Part shown: positions 41,415 through 55,451 of the stretch, in pieces
How the letters are laid out: each line of letters begins with the position of its first letter
Numbering within the stretch: position 1 is the stretch's first letter
Made by a program: the position numbers and the translations under genes
NCBI GenBank assembly: GCA_964016885.1
Contig: OZ024741.1
Span: 186,558,001 to 186,622,000, forward strand
Direction of reading: 5' to 3'
DNA: 64,000 nucleotides
Origin: Eledone cirrhosa
Lineage: Eukaryota
The notes under the pieces: model-generated
Seen by the model: the letters and a program-made list of their open reading frames with translations, nothing else
What the model was told of the DNA's origin: nothing
The model's database searches: none

Positions 41415-42019
41415 AACCCACCTGTCCCCCCTCGCCTCATTCTCTCTCTCCCATCCCCTCGCTGTCTCATCCTCTCTCACTCTAGTACTACACACAGGAG
41501 ATGTTTTTTCCAAATATTCCTATTTGTTGTACTACAACGTGTTACGAATGTATTACATCAAGCATCTGTAATTTATTAACCTGTAGCCATATTGTTATTA
41601 TCTTTATTTTGATATGATGTTTTTGTTATTTTATTGGTTTTTATCCTGCTGTCTATTTACCTTATATTCTATATTTCCTCTCAATTTCATAAAACTAGCA
41701 ACAAAGACATTTCAAATAAAATTATTATCGCCACTAAGAGAGCAAACTGATCCCTATATTTGTCAACGTCATCAGACGCACAACTTGCACTAATGTGTGC
41801 CAGTTTACTGTACTCTTCCGTGTATACCATGCAGTTTCTTCACTTTATTCCTTGTTGTTGTTGTTTTTTGTTTGGGGGGGGGGCGGGGATATACACCATA
41901 ATTAAATATTTTTACACAAAAGCTAGGCCTTTCCAGACATTTTTCTGGGCAAAAAGGGGTACGTGTTATACACGAATACGCCCAACATACGGAAGAACAA
42001 GGTCAATACAATTTGTATT

Positions 42020-42239
42020 TTCAATCCTCAGATCCTGAATATTCTCGGCATTTGACTTTCCTGAGCAGTGACTGGGTTCACCATGCAACCAAGTAGTTTC
42101 TGAGGGAGCAGAACGGTCCCGAACTATACCAACTTGTTCGTTGGCTACATTGAGACCCAGATCTTCTCTTAGTACACTGGATATTCCCCTAATATATACG
42201 GTCATTATATCGACGAGAGTATCAGTGCCCCCCCCCCCC

Positions 42240-42277
<38 letters not shown>

Positions 42278-43190
42278 ATCTATCTATCTATCTATCTATC
42301 TCTCTCGCTTTCTGTCTCTCCCGTGAACAGCTCGACTCCTTTCTTTCTTTCGTCCAATCTTTTCATCTCGCCTTCATCTTCACCACCTCTGTCCCAAATT
42401 TCTCTATTGATTGCACTCACCACGACCTCTCTACTTCTACGGCTCTGCAGCCAGTACCACGATTTCGATTTCAAGTCCCAACGAAAGGCGTCTCGCTTCA
42501 TCCAGCTTAGATATCCTCCCACTGTAATTCAAGCTGCCTTTTCCCACGCCCTTGATACTGACCACACCACAACCCTCTTATGTCCCAACCACCCCCAACA
42601 TCCACCTCTTTCTCCCTCACCTACCACCCATCTACCCTACCCCCACGGCACCGCATCCTTCATTCCTTCTGTACGCTTGTTTCGCTTTTTTCAACCCACC
42701 CATCACTGCCTTCAATAGCGCTCATCAACTCCGTGTCCTTCTTGTGCACAGTTTCTCATCCCTCTTCCCTAGGATTCTATCAGGCTCCAAACCCAGTTTC
42801 TGTCCCTGCTTTAATACCACTCCTTATATACCAAATATCACCACCCTCACGGTTACAAGCCATTCTTTTCGCAATCGCCGCTCCTTCACTTGCACCTCTG
42901 ACTACGTCGTCTATGCCCTACGGTGTTCCCTTTCCGGTTCATTTACATCCGACAAAGAGTCCGCCGTCTGGCGGACCTGATACACCGAACACCAGAGAGG
43001 CATATGTCTAGCTAAAGACAGCCCTGTTGCTCGTCAGGTCCGTTGGCTCCAACTACTCTACTCAACACCTGACTGTCTGAGGCCTCATTTTACTCCACGA
43101 ATCCTTACCCTGTTGCAACAGGACCGAGCAGAACATAATTTTTTTTATTGGGACAACTTTTCGGAATGGACTCAATTCCCATCCACAGTT
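42020..43190 (+). pseudogene. PLE relic (RT C-terminal half plus GIY-YIG; Neptune-like)
   Basis: PNYTNLFVGYIE..GHYIDE, LLRLCS..RYPPTVI, LTYHP, LRVLLVHS, FTCTSDYVVYALRC, EQNIIFFIGT..NGLN across frameshifts. Confidence 0.85.
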
Positions 43191-43874
43191 CCTATCGCCT
43201 CCCTTTGACATTACTTTCATACAAAAGCACACGTACATACACACACACACAACTCCAGCCACCAAACAATACATACCCATTTACAACATCCGTATATACC
43301 ACCCAACACATATCTACTTCTGCATACACATAACTCTCAAAATCCTACATATTCTGATGAATGCACGCGTATGTGTATATGCCGGAAAAGCACCACCGAC
43401 ACACACATCACAGGGCTCACGCTTGAGGGTGCATGTGTGCTTCTATTTCTTGCGTGCGCGTCTGTGTTCACGTCGCATTCAGTGCTACAGTTGTGACGCC
43501 GTCGTTGAATGTTTCCTAGCATTTACTCCACACACAACACTTCCCTGCTCTATCCAACCCTATGCACATAGTGACTTTCTAATTATTAGCCTAGCCGTGT
43601 GCCATTGCAACACTATAACGTCTTACCCGAAACCAGGCATATTCAATTATGAACGTACTACTAAATGAAATATAGAGGCAATGATCATATTCGCTATCAC
43701 CTCCTTTTCTACACAGTTCTTCTCGACTGCAACTATGTGTGAGTGTACCTATATGTAGGAATTCACATACATTCTTGTACATCGCATTACGTTGCTCAGT
43801 TCACACGAGCACACTCACTCATACATCCATACTCTCAGAGCAACCAGCCTGTCACGAACACACCTATACGCGCG

Positions 43875-43948
<74 letters not shown>

Positions 43949-44115
43949 TGCACACACACACATGCACACACACGGACGCATTCACAGATGTCCACCCCAA
44001 ATATACAATGATTACCTCCCTAATGTGTAAGATATACCTTGACCAGCAAATCTCAACGCGCATGTATTATTTTCTAATTTCTCTCCATTCCTTGCTATTC
44101 TCACTCATTATCTTT

Positions 44116-44223
44116 ATCCCGCCAAGGTTAACTTTGCCTTTCATCCTTACGGGGTCGATAAAATAAAGTACCAGTAATGTACTGGTTAATTGCTGGCCTT
44201 GTGCCAAAAGTAGAAACAATTAT
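44116..44223 (+). mobile_element. SINE 3' half
   Basis: Consensus match from atcccgcc to aacaatta. Confidence 0.85.
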
Positions 44224-44254
44224 CTTTATATTTTACCTTTTATTTTTAATTCTA

Positions 44255-44290
44255 TTTTCTGATGAAGGAATAGTGTCCGAAACGTTAAGA
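44255..44290 (+). ncRNA. Minimal PLE-type hammerhead
   Basis: tttt CTGATGA a gga-atagtg-tcc GAAA cg TT aaga; helix III ACGT; decayed relatives at ~18765 (-), 58902-58937 (-) and ~61099 (+). Confidence 0.65.
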
Positions 44291-44409
44291 CTCATTTTCT
44301 GTTATTTCAAGAATTAAATTAATATATTACTTCAATGTGGTTTGATTTGTTATATCTATTTACATTTTACGCACACACACACACATATATATATAGAGAA
44401 ATTAGAATA

Positions 44410-44469
<60 letters not shown>

Positions 44470-44470
44470 C

Positions 44471-44515
<45 letters not shown>

Positions 44516-44633
44516 AGTGTGTATGTATATATACACGTATATTCATTTATAAATATATACGTACATACATACATACATACATACATACATACATACATAC
44601 ATACATACATACATACATACATACATACATACA

Positions 44634-44666
<33 letters not shown>

Positions 44667-45653
44667 CTATTAAGAAAATCGTGTTACTATATATATATAA
44701 TTACGAATATTGTAGTCATCAAAGCATTAACTCTGTATATATATAAATTGTCTTTTCACTATCACGGGAAAATCTCTCCGTATAATGGGCCATTTCGAAA
44801 ACGCCTTCTGGCAGCTTCTCACTCTGATTTCAATAGCGAAACTTTAATTGTAAACTTGTATATATGATCGCTCTATTCGTGACACGAAGTCCGGTACATC
44901 GTCACAGTAATTAGATCTACTTATCAATATATATACCCATATATATTCACAAACTCATACACTTACACATCGACACGCGCATGTATATATATATATTACT
45001 TACACTCATACACAAACAAACATACAAGATATATATATATGCTTATATAAACATATATGTATATATATATATATATATGCATATGTGTTTGTGTGTGTGT
45101 GTGTATGTGTGTGTGCTTGTTTGTGTGTGTATGTGTTTTGGTTTGTGTGTGTGTATTATATATATATATCTCTTTGACTGAAACTGACGCCAATGGCTAC
45201 TTGTATATCCTTATGCTGGTGCATTGTATCCTTTGGTTTTAGCTAGTGTAAACGGACTAAATCTGATATTTCATATCTGTTGCGTCTGCCAATGGGTATA
45301 TCGAAAGAATATTTCTTTGTCTTTGACCTAGAAAGAACTGACATACAATAATAGCGATTTCTTAAAGTTCGTTGTTATATAGCAATTATTGTCGTTTATA
45401 GTGGTATATATATATTTCAAGTTCTTATGCCTTTACAATAATACTTCCAGAAATGTATTAGTAACTGTTCTGTAATGTTGCGATTGGTAGACTTGCAAAC
45501 AAATTTTAGTTTAATGCTGTCAAATAACTAAATTGAGCCGTTATATACTTCCAATGTAACAGATTTGTTGTCTAATTTTAGATTTTATATAATTCATCAT
45601 AGTTTAAATTTAGCCATTCAGTTTTCGGTTGCGCTATTCTGTTTGCATTATAT

Positions 45654-46039
45654 ATTGGCAGTACTGGTAGAGGATCGGACACCATGCTTTCCAGCATAGT
45701 TACGTCCCTTTACGGTCTGAGTTCAAATCTCGTCGAGGTCAACTTTGCTTTTCATCCTTACGGGGTCGATAAAATAAAGTACCAGTAATGTACTGGTTAA
45801 CTGTTGGCCTTGTTCCAAAAGTAGAAACAATTATATATTACATATAAGGGCGGTTGATTGAAAATATCGATAGAGGGTCGGATGCCATGCTTCGCAGCAT
45901 AGATATATGCCCCTTTACCGTTTGAGTTCAAATCGCGCCAGGTTAACATTGCCTTTCATCCTTTCGAGGTCGATAAAATAAAGTACCAGTAATGCGCTGG
46001 GGTAATAGCCGGCCTTGTGCCAAAAGCAGAAACAATTAT
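45654..46039 (+). mobile_element. Two SINE copies in tandem
   Basis: 45654-45833 and 45844-46039 each match the consensus. Confidence 0.88.
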
Positions 46040-46714
46040 ATATATTAGAAATAAACCTGTCGTTATTGACTCTCCTCACTATGTATAGTTTGAGTGGGGT
46101 GGGGTGGGGTGAGTCGTTCTAGTCTTTCAACAATCTTTAAATGTACTACAATATTTTTCATTGAGTCATTTATTATGTTGTAAAATTTAGTATATATTTT
46201 ATATATTTTCTTTATATTATTTGATAAGAGTCTGACCAATTCATATTTTGATTTTGTCGACTTGTGAGTTAATATAGATTTCTATTTGAATATTGTAAGT
46301 TATTTCTAACCTTAACTTGTTTAGGGTTCCAAATCCCTTTAGCAATTTTCAATGCGTGTAAAGCTTTTGATTGTTTTCTATACGTGTGTTTGTCGAAGAA
46401 GGAGTTTATCTATCCATCTTTCTAATGACGTGTTCAGGATTCTTTAACAAACGCTTAGTATATTCTATTTATATGGTAATACGTTTTGAAGATAGGTTTT
46501 ATTTTATTATGCTTCAGGAAATGCAATAGGATTTTATGCGTGTTTTTGTTAAGGCTGAAAGGAAACGTACTCAATAGACGTTGTAGTTATACATATTTGA
46601 ATATTCGTAAAATTTGAGTATTCTCAGCGCGGAAGGTCGCTGTTACCAGCTGTATACTATTTGCATAGTATTTTTTTTTTTTCTTAAAGATATAACCACT
46701 ATTCGAACGGAGAC

Positions 46715-46775
<61 letters not shown>

Positions 46776-46988
46776 GATATTAATTTTATAAAATTGCTAG
46801 CTCTTCCACTGCTATAGTTCAACCACCTGTCCTACCAAGCCGTAACCCCCACCCGTAGTTTGCCACAGGCCAACGTTTGTAGACCATATACTCGCTTGTA
46901 GCTGGAGCTGGACAACCAACATCGAGTTCCATACTGTAGTGAGCATATTAAAAACCAAAACCAAATAGTATTACATTTAAATGCTTGC

Positions 46989-47049
46989 CTGATGACAACA
47001 CATCATGTAATCATTACATAACGACTTTGATATATTTGAAATGTGCGTA
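46989..47049 (+). ncRNA. Decayed hammerhead motif
   Basis: CTGATGA, mismatched helix II, GAAA tgtgcg TA; helix I lost. Confidence 0.4.
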
Positions 47050-47322
47050 ACGTGATGATGTAATAAACTGAATATGTATGCGTGATACTGTCTCTCTTCT
47101 TTTTCATAATATTGACACACCGTCCGATACTATATAGATAATGCTTTATGCTCCCCACATCGTTCAGTGTTTACTACAGTCGAGCGATTAATTGATCAAT
47201 CAACACTGATTTATGCATATACGTATATATATATGTATATAACTACCAAACCAACTTTTTAAATGGAAGTTGATCAATATTTATGGTACGTCAAATTTAT
47301 TTATAAAACTGCTTATATATTG

Positions 47323-47390
47323 TATTTTATCTGAAGAAGGTATGCCATATTTTTAATATGGTATCCTCCTGAAATATGTATAATGAAATA
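47323..47390 (+). ncRNA. Type I hammerhead ribozyme (family A, CUGAAGA)
   Basis: tattttat CTGAAGA aggtatgccatat..atatggtatcctcct GAAA tatgta TA atgaaata. Confidence 0.72.
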
Positions 47391-47433
47391 GATATGGTTT
47401 TATAAATATAGTTTCCATTTGTTTAATATCGTA

Positions 47434-47505
<72 letters not shown>

Positions 47506-47607
47506 AAACTGGAAGGGGAACAAAAACAGAGAGGTAGTAGGAGCAAAGGTTTATTAGTTTCACGCTCTTGAGAGTGGGTGGGAGTGGTTATATATATATA
47601 TATATAT

Positions 47608-47657
<50 letters not shown>

Positions 47658-47730
47658 AACGGTGACATATTAAGTGGGCTTATCTAAAATACAAAAACAT
47701 GCATACACACACCCACACCCACACATACAT

Positions 47731-47771
<41 letters not shown>

Positions 47772-48804
47772 AATATATTAGTAAAAAGGAAAAGAAAATC
47801 CTGACAAATTGTTCCCAGTGAAAAATAGTTTAATTAGGAATAAGTATAAATTATTAATAAGTATTAGTTAGTATTCAATTTTAGTTTTAAGCTTTTACCG
47901 GTTGCGCATTTCTAATGCTTTTCAAAAATAATTTTGAGATAGAGTGCTCGTGATTTTTGCTCTAATATATATTTTATTTATATAGTAATAATAATGAATT
48001 TGAAGACTTAAATCGTCTTCCTGTCTTTCTTCGGTTGCAATGTTTTTTGAAATATTTATTTCTGCGTTCACAGATTGATTTTTTTAGTTTCACAAGATCC
48101 CGTTAAGGGTGAAAGCAGCGATTCTTTGCTTAAACTTTATCTGTTATTTTAATAAATAAATATATATATATATATATGTATATATATCCTTCACCAATTT
48201 ATTCCTGAGAGAGTCGAGCTCAAAAACATACATATACACACATATATAATATATATTGCATGTTTATGTCTATGTTTTTGTGTGCGAATGTATGTTGGTT
48301 TCTTTGTGAATATGCATTCATGCAATATACATCCATTTATATCCTACTGTTCTAGTTACATCTATCTACAATCTTTACAATAATTTTTTTTTAAAAAGTT
48401 GGAAATATTCAACCGAAATAAAATTAAAAAACAACTCTGGAACGAAAAGGTTGTATTTTGTATATGGTTTCCATAGTTACTTTCAATGTTACGTTTAAAA
48501 GTGTAAATAAGAAAAGCTATGGAATATAATCCGATAAATTTTTCAGAATCTAAGGCAAGTCAATTGTCCTTGCCTAAAGAAATTCTGTAATCCGAATATT
48601 TTTTCACTTTTTCTTTCACGTAGAAAAGTGCATATTGATGCACTTATGTATTCATCTGTGTAGTGTGTTTATATTTAATTTCAGATTTCAGACCTTATTT
48701 TTAAATTAAGACACAGTCGCGTTATAATCACAAGCAGACACATACACACCTAAACATATCCACACTCATATGCACACACACACACATATGTGTGTGTGCG
48801 CGTG

Positions 48805-48867
<63 letters not shown>

Positions 48868-49058
48868 TTATTTATACACGCGCACAACACATATGTGTGT
48901 GTGCATATGTGTGTGTGCATATGTGTGTGGACATGTTTGTGTGTGTATTTGATTATATATATATATATAGAGAGAGAGAGAGATAGATAGATATATAGAT
49001 ATAGATATATACATATATATATTTGTGTGTGTGTGTTCGCGCGCCTTTTTTTGTATAC

Positions 49059-49143
<85 letters not shown>

Positions 49144-49207
49144 TAAATTATTTTATTAAAATCTCTCTCTCTGTATATATATATATATATATATATATAG
49201 TATATAA

Positions 49208-49249
<42 letters not shown>

Positions 49250-49385
49250 TATGTACACAAACACACAGGCGCGCTCACACACACACACAAATATATATAT
49301 ATATATTTCTACTATCTAGTCAATTGAATGCATCACTTTCTCTCACTAACACCCACCCTCCGTCTCACTCTTTCTCCCTCTTTCA

Positions 49386-49454
<69 letters not shown>

Positions 49455-49459
<5 letters not shown>

Positions 49460-49813
49460 ATATTAACAAATGGAAACTGTATTTATAAAACCATATTTAT
49501 TTCATTATACATATTTCAAGGACAGCAAAGCAAATTATGGTGCGCGTTCATTAGATAAAATATAATATAGATAAGTTTTATAAACAAATATTGACATACC
49601 CTTAAAGAATGAAACCATGTCGGTTGGAAGCTCCTGGATAGAGGGTTACTAATTTATTATTGGTCTATTATGCAAATTAGTGTCGGAGAGGTTTAAATCC
49701 CATACATTTACATAAGCCGTTAGAATATTGTATTTTTACTCAAAAAATTCGTTGAGTACTTTATATCAGTTATAAAAATATTTGCTTGTTGTATCGCAAC
49801 AAATTAAATATAA

Positions 49814-49815
<2 letters not shown>
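49455..49815. mobile_element. Family A element with broken core (CTAATGA) and inverted tail
   Basis: Minus-strand HHR remnant 49498-49562; plus-strand tail 49724-49815; (TA)n flanks. Confidence 0.75.
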
Positions 49816-49851
<36 letters not shown>

Positions 49852-49912
49852 TAATAAAATAACAGGTGGCTGGACTGGTGTAAATCATTGAAAGGTTTAT
49901 TATACTATGATC

Positions 49913-49966
49913 ATTTCAATGACCGGTTTCCTTATGAATCCGGTGATATCATCAGGTATTCGAAAT
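49913..49966 (-). ncRNA. Hammerhead-like motif with weak helices
   Basis: CTGATGA tatcaccggattcataag GAAA ccgg TC attgaaat. Confidence 0.4.
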
Positions 49967-50149
49967 ATAACAAAGGAATATAATAGTTAAGATCCATAAA
50001 ACTCCGTACTCGCACCACAAACTACACAAACGAAGACGGGTGAGCTGCATTACGTTGAGTACTCTCCATAATATTACATCGAGATTGACCATACGGAATG
50101 ACCAATTCTATCCAGTGGTGAACCAACAAACCTAAATAAATAAATATAT

Positions 50150-50718
<569 letters not shown>

Positions 50719-51238
50719 AGAGAAAGAGGGAGAACGAGAGAGGGGGAGGATGGGTGTTAGTGAGAGAAAGTGATGCATTCAATTGTCTTGATTGTAGAAA
50801 AAATCCATTCTCTATATACAAAAGTTCCTTAATTTAGACGAAAATAGAATTTAATATCCTTTGTATGTTTATCTATACGATTGATTAACGAAATTAATGA
50901 CTACGTAATTCGTTTACACGTATTTGAATGTGTTTATCATTCTCTTTCCTGGATGAATGTTTGGTGAAGATGTTTACAGTAAGATGTTTTTTGCCAAAGA
51001 AGTTTTATCAGTTGTGTCATTATCGTTGTTGTTTTTGACGTTATTGCTACTGTTGTCCCTTGATCCAGCCCAATAATTCGACCCCTTGGTGAAATAGATC
51101 ATCCCTTTCTTTTAGCTGTATCTTGGACCGAATTATTAAAAGAGTTATATACGCATTTAATTTGACAGATTATTGTGTGAGGAGGATCTTTCTGCAATTT
51201 CTAGCGGTTTAAGATACCAGTTATAGTCATGCCAAAAA

Positions 51239-51289
<51 letters not shown>

Positions 51290-51292
<3 letters not shown>

Positions 51293-51484
51293 GAAACGGT
51301 TCAAGACCCCGACGGCAGAGCTCAAGCCGTTTCGAAAGCTATTTTAGTCCAGAAATAGGCGTCGAAACGGCTTGAGCTCTGCCGTCGAAGTCCTGAACCT
51401 TTTCCTATTACCTAATCTACTACTCAAAGCAACGAGCAATCTGGTGTGTTATGGTCCACTTGGTTCCTTACCACACTTCCTTCG

Positions 51485-51485
<1 letters not shown>
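51290..51485. mobile_element. Family C fold-back element; a further single-arm copy at 51917-52045 (minus)
   Basis: Arms flank agctattttagtccagaaataggc. Confidence 0.8.
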
Positions 51486-51548
<63 letters not shown>

Positions 51549-51803
51549 TTCGTTTCTGAATTTGGCGTAGGACAGAACAAAGGAGAGGCACAAAAACAAA
51601 GAAAAGAATCCCCAGTCACCGAAGAGGTCACAGAATGTGTGACGAAAGAACTATGACAATATATAAACAATCATCTGGATGTGGAACCAACCAGCCAACC
51701 GGAAATTTATAAATTCCTAAATTTATAAATGTATTATAATAAATTGAGGTGAAAGCAACTGGTGCGTGTGTTTCTTATTGGCAACATGACCCTCCCAAAG
51801 TAT

Positions 51804-51919
<116 letters not shown>

Positions 51920-52045
51920 TAAGGAACCAGGTGGATAACCCGCCAGAGTACTCGATTGTTTGGGTAGTAGAGTGGGTAATAGGAAAAGAGTCAGGACCCT
52001 CGACGGCTGAGTTCCGGCCATTTCGACAGCTAGAGCCGAACAGTT

Positions 52046-52085
<40 letters not shown>

Positions 52086-52228
52086 TGAAAAAATGTTTAG
52101 TTGATTTGTGACCAACTCGTTCTTATATATAACAGATGCCAAGCATGCAACGGTATATACTTATCCGGAGAATTATTATAATAAAAATGGTAATAAACGA
52201 AAGATATATATTTTATATCATCTCTATT

Positions 52229-52492
52229 TATTTCATTATGTATATTTTGAAGATGTAAAGTTTTATGGATAACATAAAGCAAAACATGTCCACCTCAAAT
52301 AAAACACATAGAAACGTATACCTTTTTCATGATATGTTGGGAGACAAACGAACTGGACTTATGCTTGGTCGTCACCGATCTATATAGCTCGTTTGTCTAC
52401 CAACATATCAGGAAAAAATTATACATTTTCTATATATTTTATCTGAGGAGCACATGTTTTGCTTTATGTTATACATAAAACTTTAGATCTTC
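52229..52492. repeat. Old fold-back with family-A-like HHR remnant
   Basis: Arms ~52249-52351 and ~52387-52492; ttttat CTGAGGA at 52443; minus arm AAAA tataca TA atgaaata. Confidence 0.6.
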
Positions 52493-52601
52493 TTTACATA
52501 AAACTTTACACGAGTGAAAGTATAAGGAAAAAGATCGTAAAATGCAACGGGAGTCTTTTTCAGATATATATATATTTTAATATATATATATATATATATA
52601 T

Positions 52602-52785
52602 ATAGGAACGAGTAGGACCCCGACGGCTGAGCTCAAGCCGTTTCGACGGCTAATTCTATTAGCCGTCGAAACGGCTTGAGCTCAGCCGTCGGGGTCCTAC
52701 TCGTTCCTATTACCCACTCTACTACCCTAATATTGAGTACTTTGGTGCGTTATGGTCCACCTGGTTCCTTACCACATTTCCTTCG
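52602..52785. mobile_element. Family C fold-back element
   Basis: Perfect arms 52602-52654 and 52658-52710, 3-nt loop; tail to 52785. Confidence 0.88.
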
Positions 52786-53215
52786 TTATATATATATATA
52801 TATATATATACAGAGAGGGAGAGAGAGAGAAGAAAGAGAGAGAGAAAGATAGATAGAGAGATAGAGAGATAGATAGATGGATGTATATATATTCCCTTAG
52901 ATAGGATCGTACCACCACCACCACCACCACCACCCTCAACTACCAAATAAGACACATATACATAACAAGATCTGTCCAACTTTATCCGAATTTCCTGATG
53001 ATTTCATACGAATGAAACAGTTCTAATCCTGTAGAAGTAATTTCTATAGATATATTATAAAGATATCTATACTCTACAAATGCATTGAGTACTCTTTTAC
53101 TGTGGTTATCCAGCGACACAATTTACATGTGTGTCTCTCTTTATATATATGTGTGTCTATACATGTGTGTATATATATATATATATTATATATATATATA
53201 TATAGACACTCACCC

Positions 53216-53256
<41 letters not shown>

Positions 53257-53353
53257 ATATATATGTATATATTATACACACACACACAGATATATATATG
53301 TGTATGTATATATATATATATGTATATATTATACACACACAGATATATATATG

Positions 53354-53396
<43 letters not shown>

Positions 53397-53422
53397 TTGC
53401 TCTAGGGTTCTTATATATCTGA

Positions 53423-55305
53423 CTAGCAGTGGTACCCGGCGTTGCACGGGATAATGTATTTTGGAACGCGGGCCGCCAACAAACCTAATCGTGGAAAAAC
53501 TGCATGCCTTGACAATATGTAAAGAAAATAAACCGAATACTCTGATGGCTGGATAATCTTTAAGATTTTCCCCAATGAAGCAGAAAAAATGCAGGTTTTC
53601 ACCTAATGCGGGTCCTATGGCACCAAGAAAATGAATTTTTTTTATGTTCATAATATCTCTTGAAATTTCGGGGAAATTGGCTAGACGTAACGCCTAAAAA
53701 AAGCCCTAATGAGCTGAAAAAAATCAAGTTTTTCACCTAATGCGGGCTCTAGGCCATAAAAAAGAGACTGACTAATATTTAGTTACAATTTCAAGGAAAT
53801 CGGTCTGACGTAACGCCTCAAAATACCCCTAAAATCTGAAAAACGTAGTTTTTCACTTAATGCAGGCCCTAGGGGATCAAAAAGTTGAATTTTTTATATG
53901 CATAACACTCCCTGAAACATAACGCGGGCCGCCAACAGACCTAATCGTGGGAAAACTGCATTCCTGGGCAATATGTAAAGAAAATAAACCGAATACTCTG
54001 ATGCAATTAGTATTAGGTATGCTTATCCTTCCATGTGGAGAAAATCGGCTTGGTGCTTTTGTACTTTAATAAAGTGGCATGAGTAAGCAGGACAGATGTG
54101 ACCACTTATGTCAGAGGGAAGTCTGCAATGCTTGAGCGAGGCATGACGTGCAATGACAGCATGTGGAGCCTTCTCGGAGGGGTTCACCGCACCTTAGTAA
54201 GAAAACGCAACTGGACAAACGTTTACCAAACTGTGGGTATAATTTAACAAATTTAAAGGGGAATGGTGCAATAAAATGGGCTCCGAGGCGTGTGCGCGTT
54301 CACTGGCAGCCCTAAACGAAAAGGTCGCCATCAGCTATTTCAAGGGCCCTTAAAAGCGTCATGTAAGCCGTTCCCTGACGTCCCAGTAAAGAGGGGTAAC
54401 CGTCAACAATTTCAAGTGGTGGCCATGTGAGTATTCACTTGTAGCCCTTAATAGTGACTTTGCCTGCGTTCTCTGACATTTGAAGGAGGGTGTTACCCTT
54501 GCTTCCACTGGTAGCCTTTAGAATGAATCAGAATGCGTTCGCGGTCCGTTTGACAGCCATACATTGACGCGCCGTGTGCGAAGCGGAAGGTCCATCGCTG
54601 AAGGTAGTCACCTGAAGCCGAGGGAAATGTATTTCAGGTAATAGGCCGGAGCGCGACGTTATATGTATGTATCTATCTAAAAAGAGGAAGACTAAGAATT
54701 ATAGAGAGAGATCGCTAAATCACCTAATGCGGTCCCTAGGACAGTGAAAATTTGAGATTTTTTTTGCTCAGAACACTAAATGTTGGATTTTCTTTGCTCA
54801 CGTTATGAAGAAGAGACTGACTAATACATAGTTACCCGCTTTCATTATTAGTGTTGCGTGAAATATATAACCGCCTTAGCTAAGCTTAGTATTGCCACAA
54901 CCACGGATGGCAAAGAAGTAAGGGTCTGGTGGTATGTAAGTAAGCAACAATGTGGCTTAAAACATGAGGAAGAAGTTGTGTGCACTTACCAACTGTTTGG
55001 GGAATGAGTGTGAGATTTGTCTTGAGCAAGGGTGGCTGAATAACTGGAGGCAGCAGACAGCCAGACATACAGACAGATATTATAAGGGCGCAACGTTATA
55101 TGTATGTACCTATCTAAAAAGAGAAAGACTAAGAATTATAGAGAGATAACGCTAAATCGCCTAATGCGGTCCCTAGGGCATTGAAAATTTGAAATTTGTT
55201 TTGCTCAGAACACTCCCTGAAACATAAGTATTACATGTGTAAAGTTTGAAAAGAGTCGGTTGGGATTCAAACTCACACAGACATCCTTAGTTTTTTATAT
55301 ATAGA
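53423..55305 (-). mobile_element. Non-autonomous Helitron with internal subrepeats
   Basis: Minus strand A|TC...cccgtgcaacgccggg-N8-CTAG|T; no TSD; internal duplications ~53466/53921 and ~54655/55092; repeated cacctaatgcgg motif. Confidence 0.78.
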
Positions 55306-55379
55306 TGTTGATATATATTTATCCTTATTGAGCCCTCTTTGGGTTTTAGTCTTCACATTTATTATATTATTATAACTAC

Positions 55380-55445
<66 letters not shown>

Positions 55446-55451
<6 letters not shown>

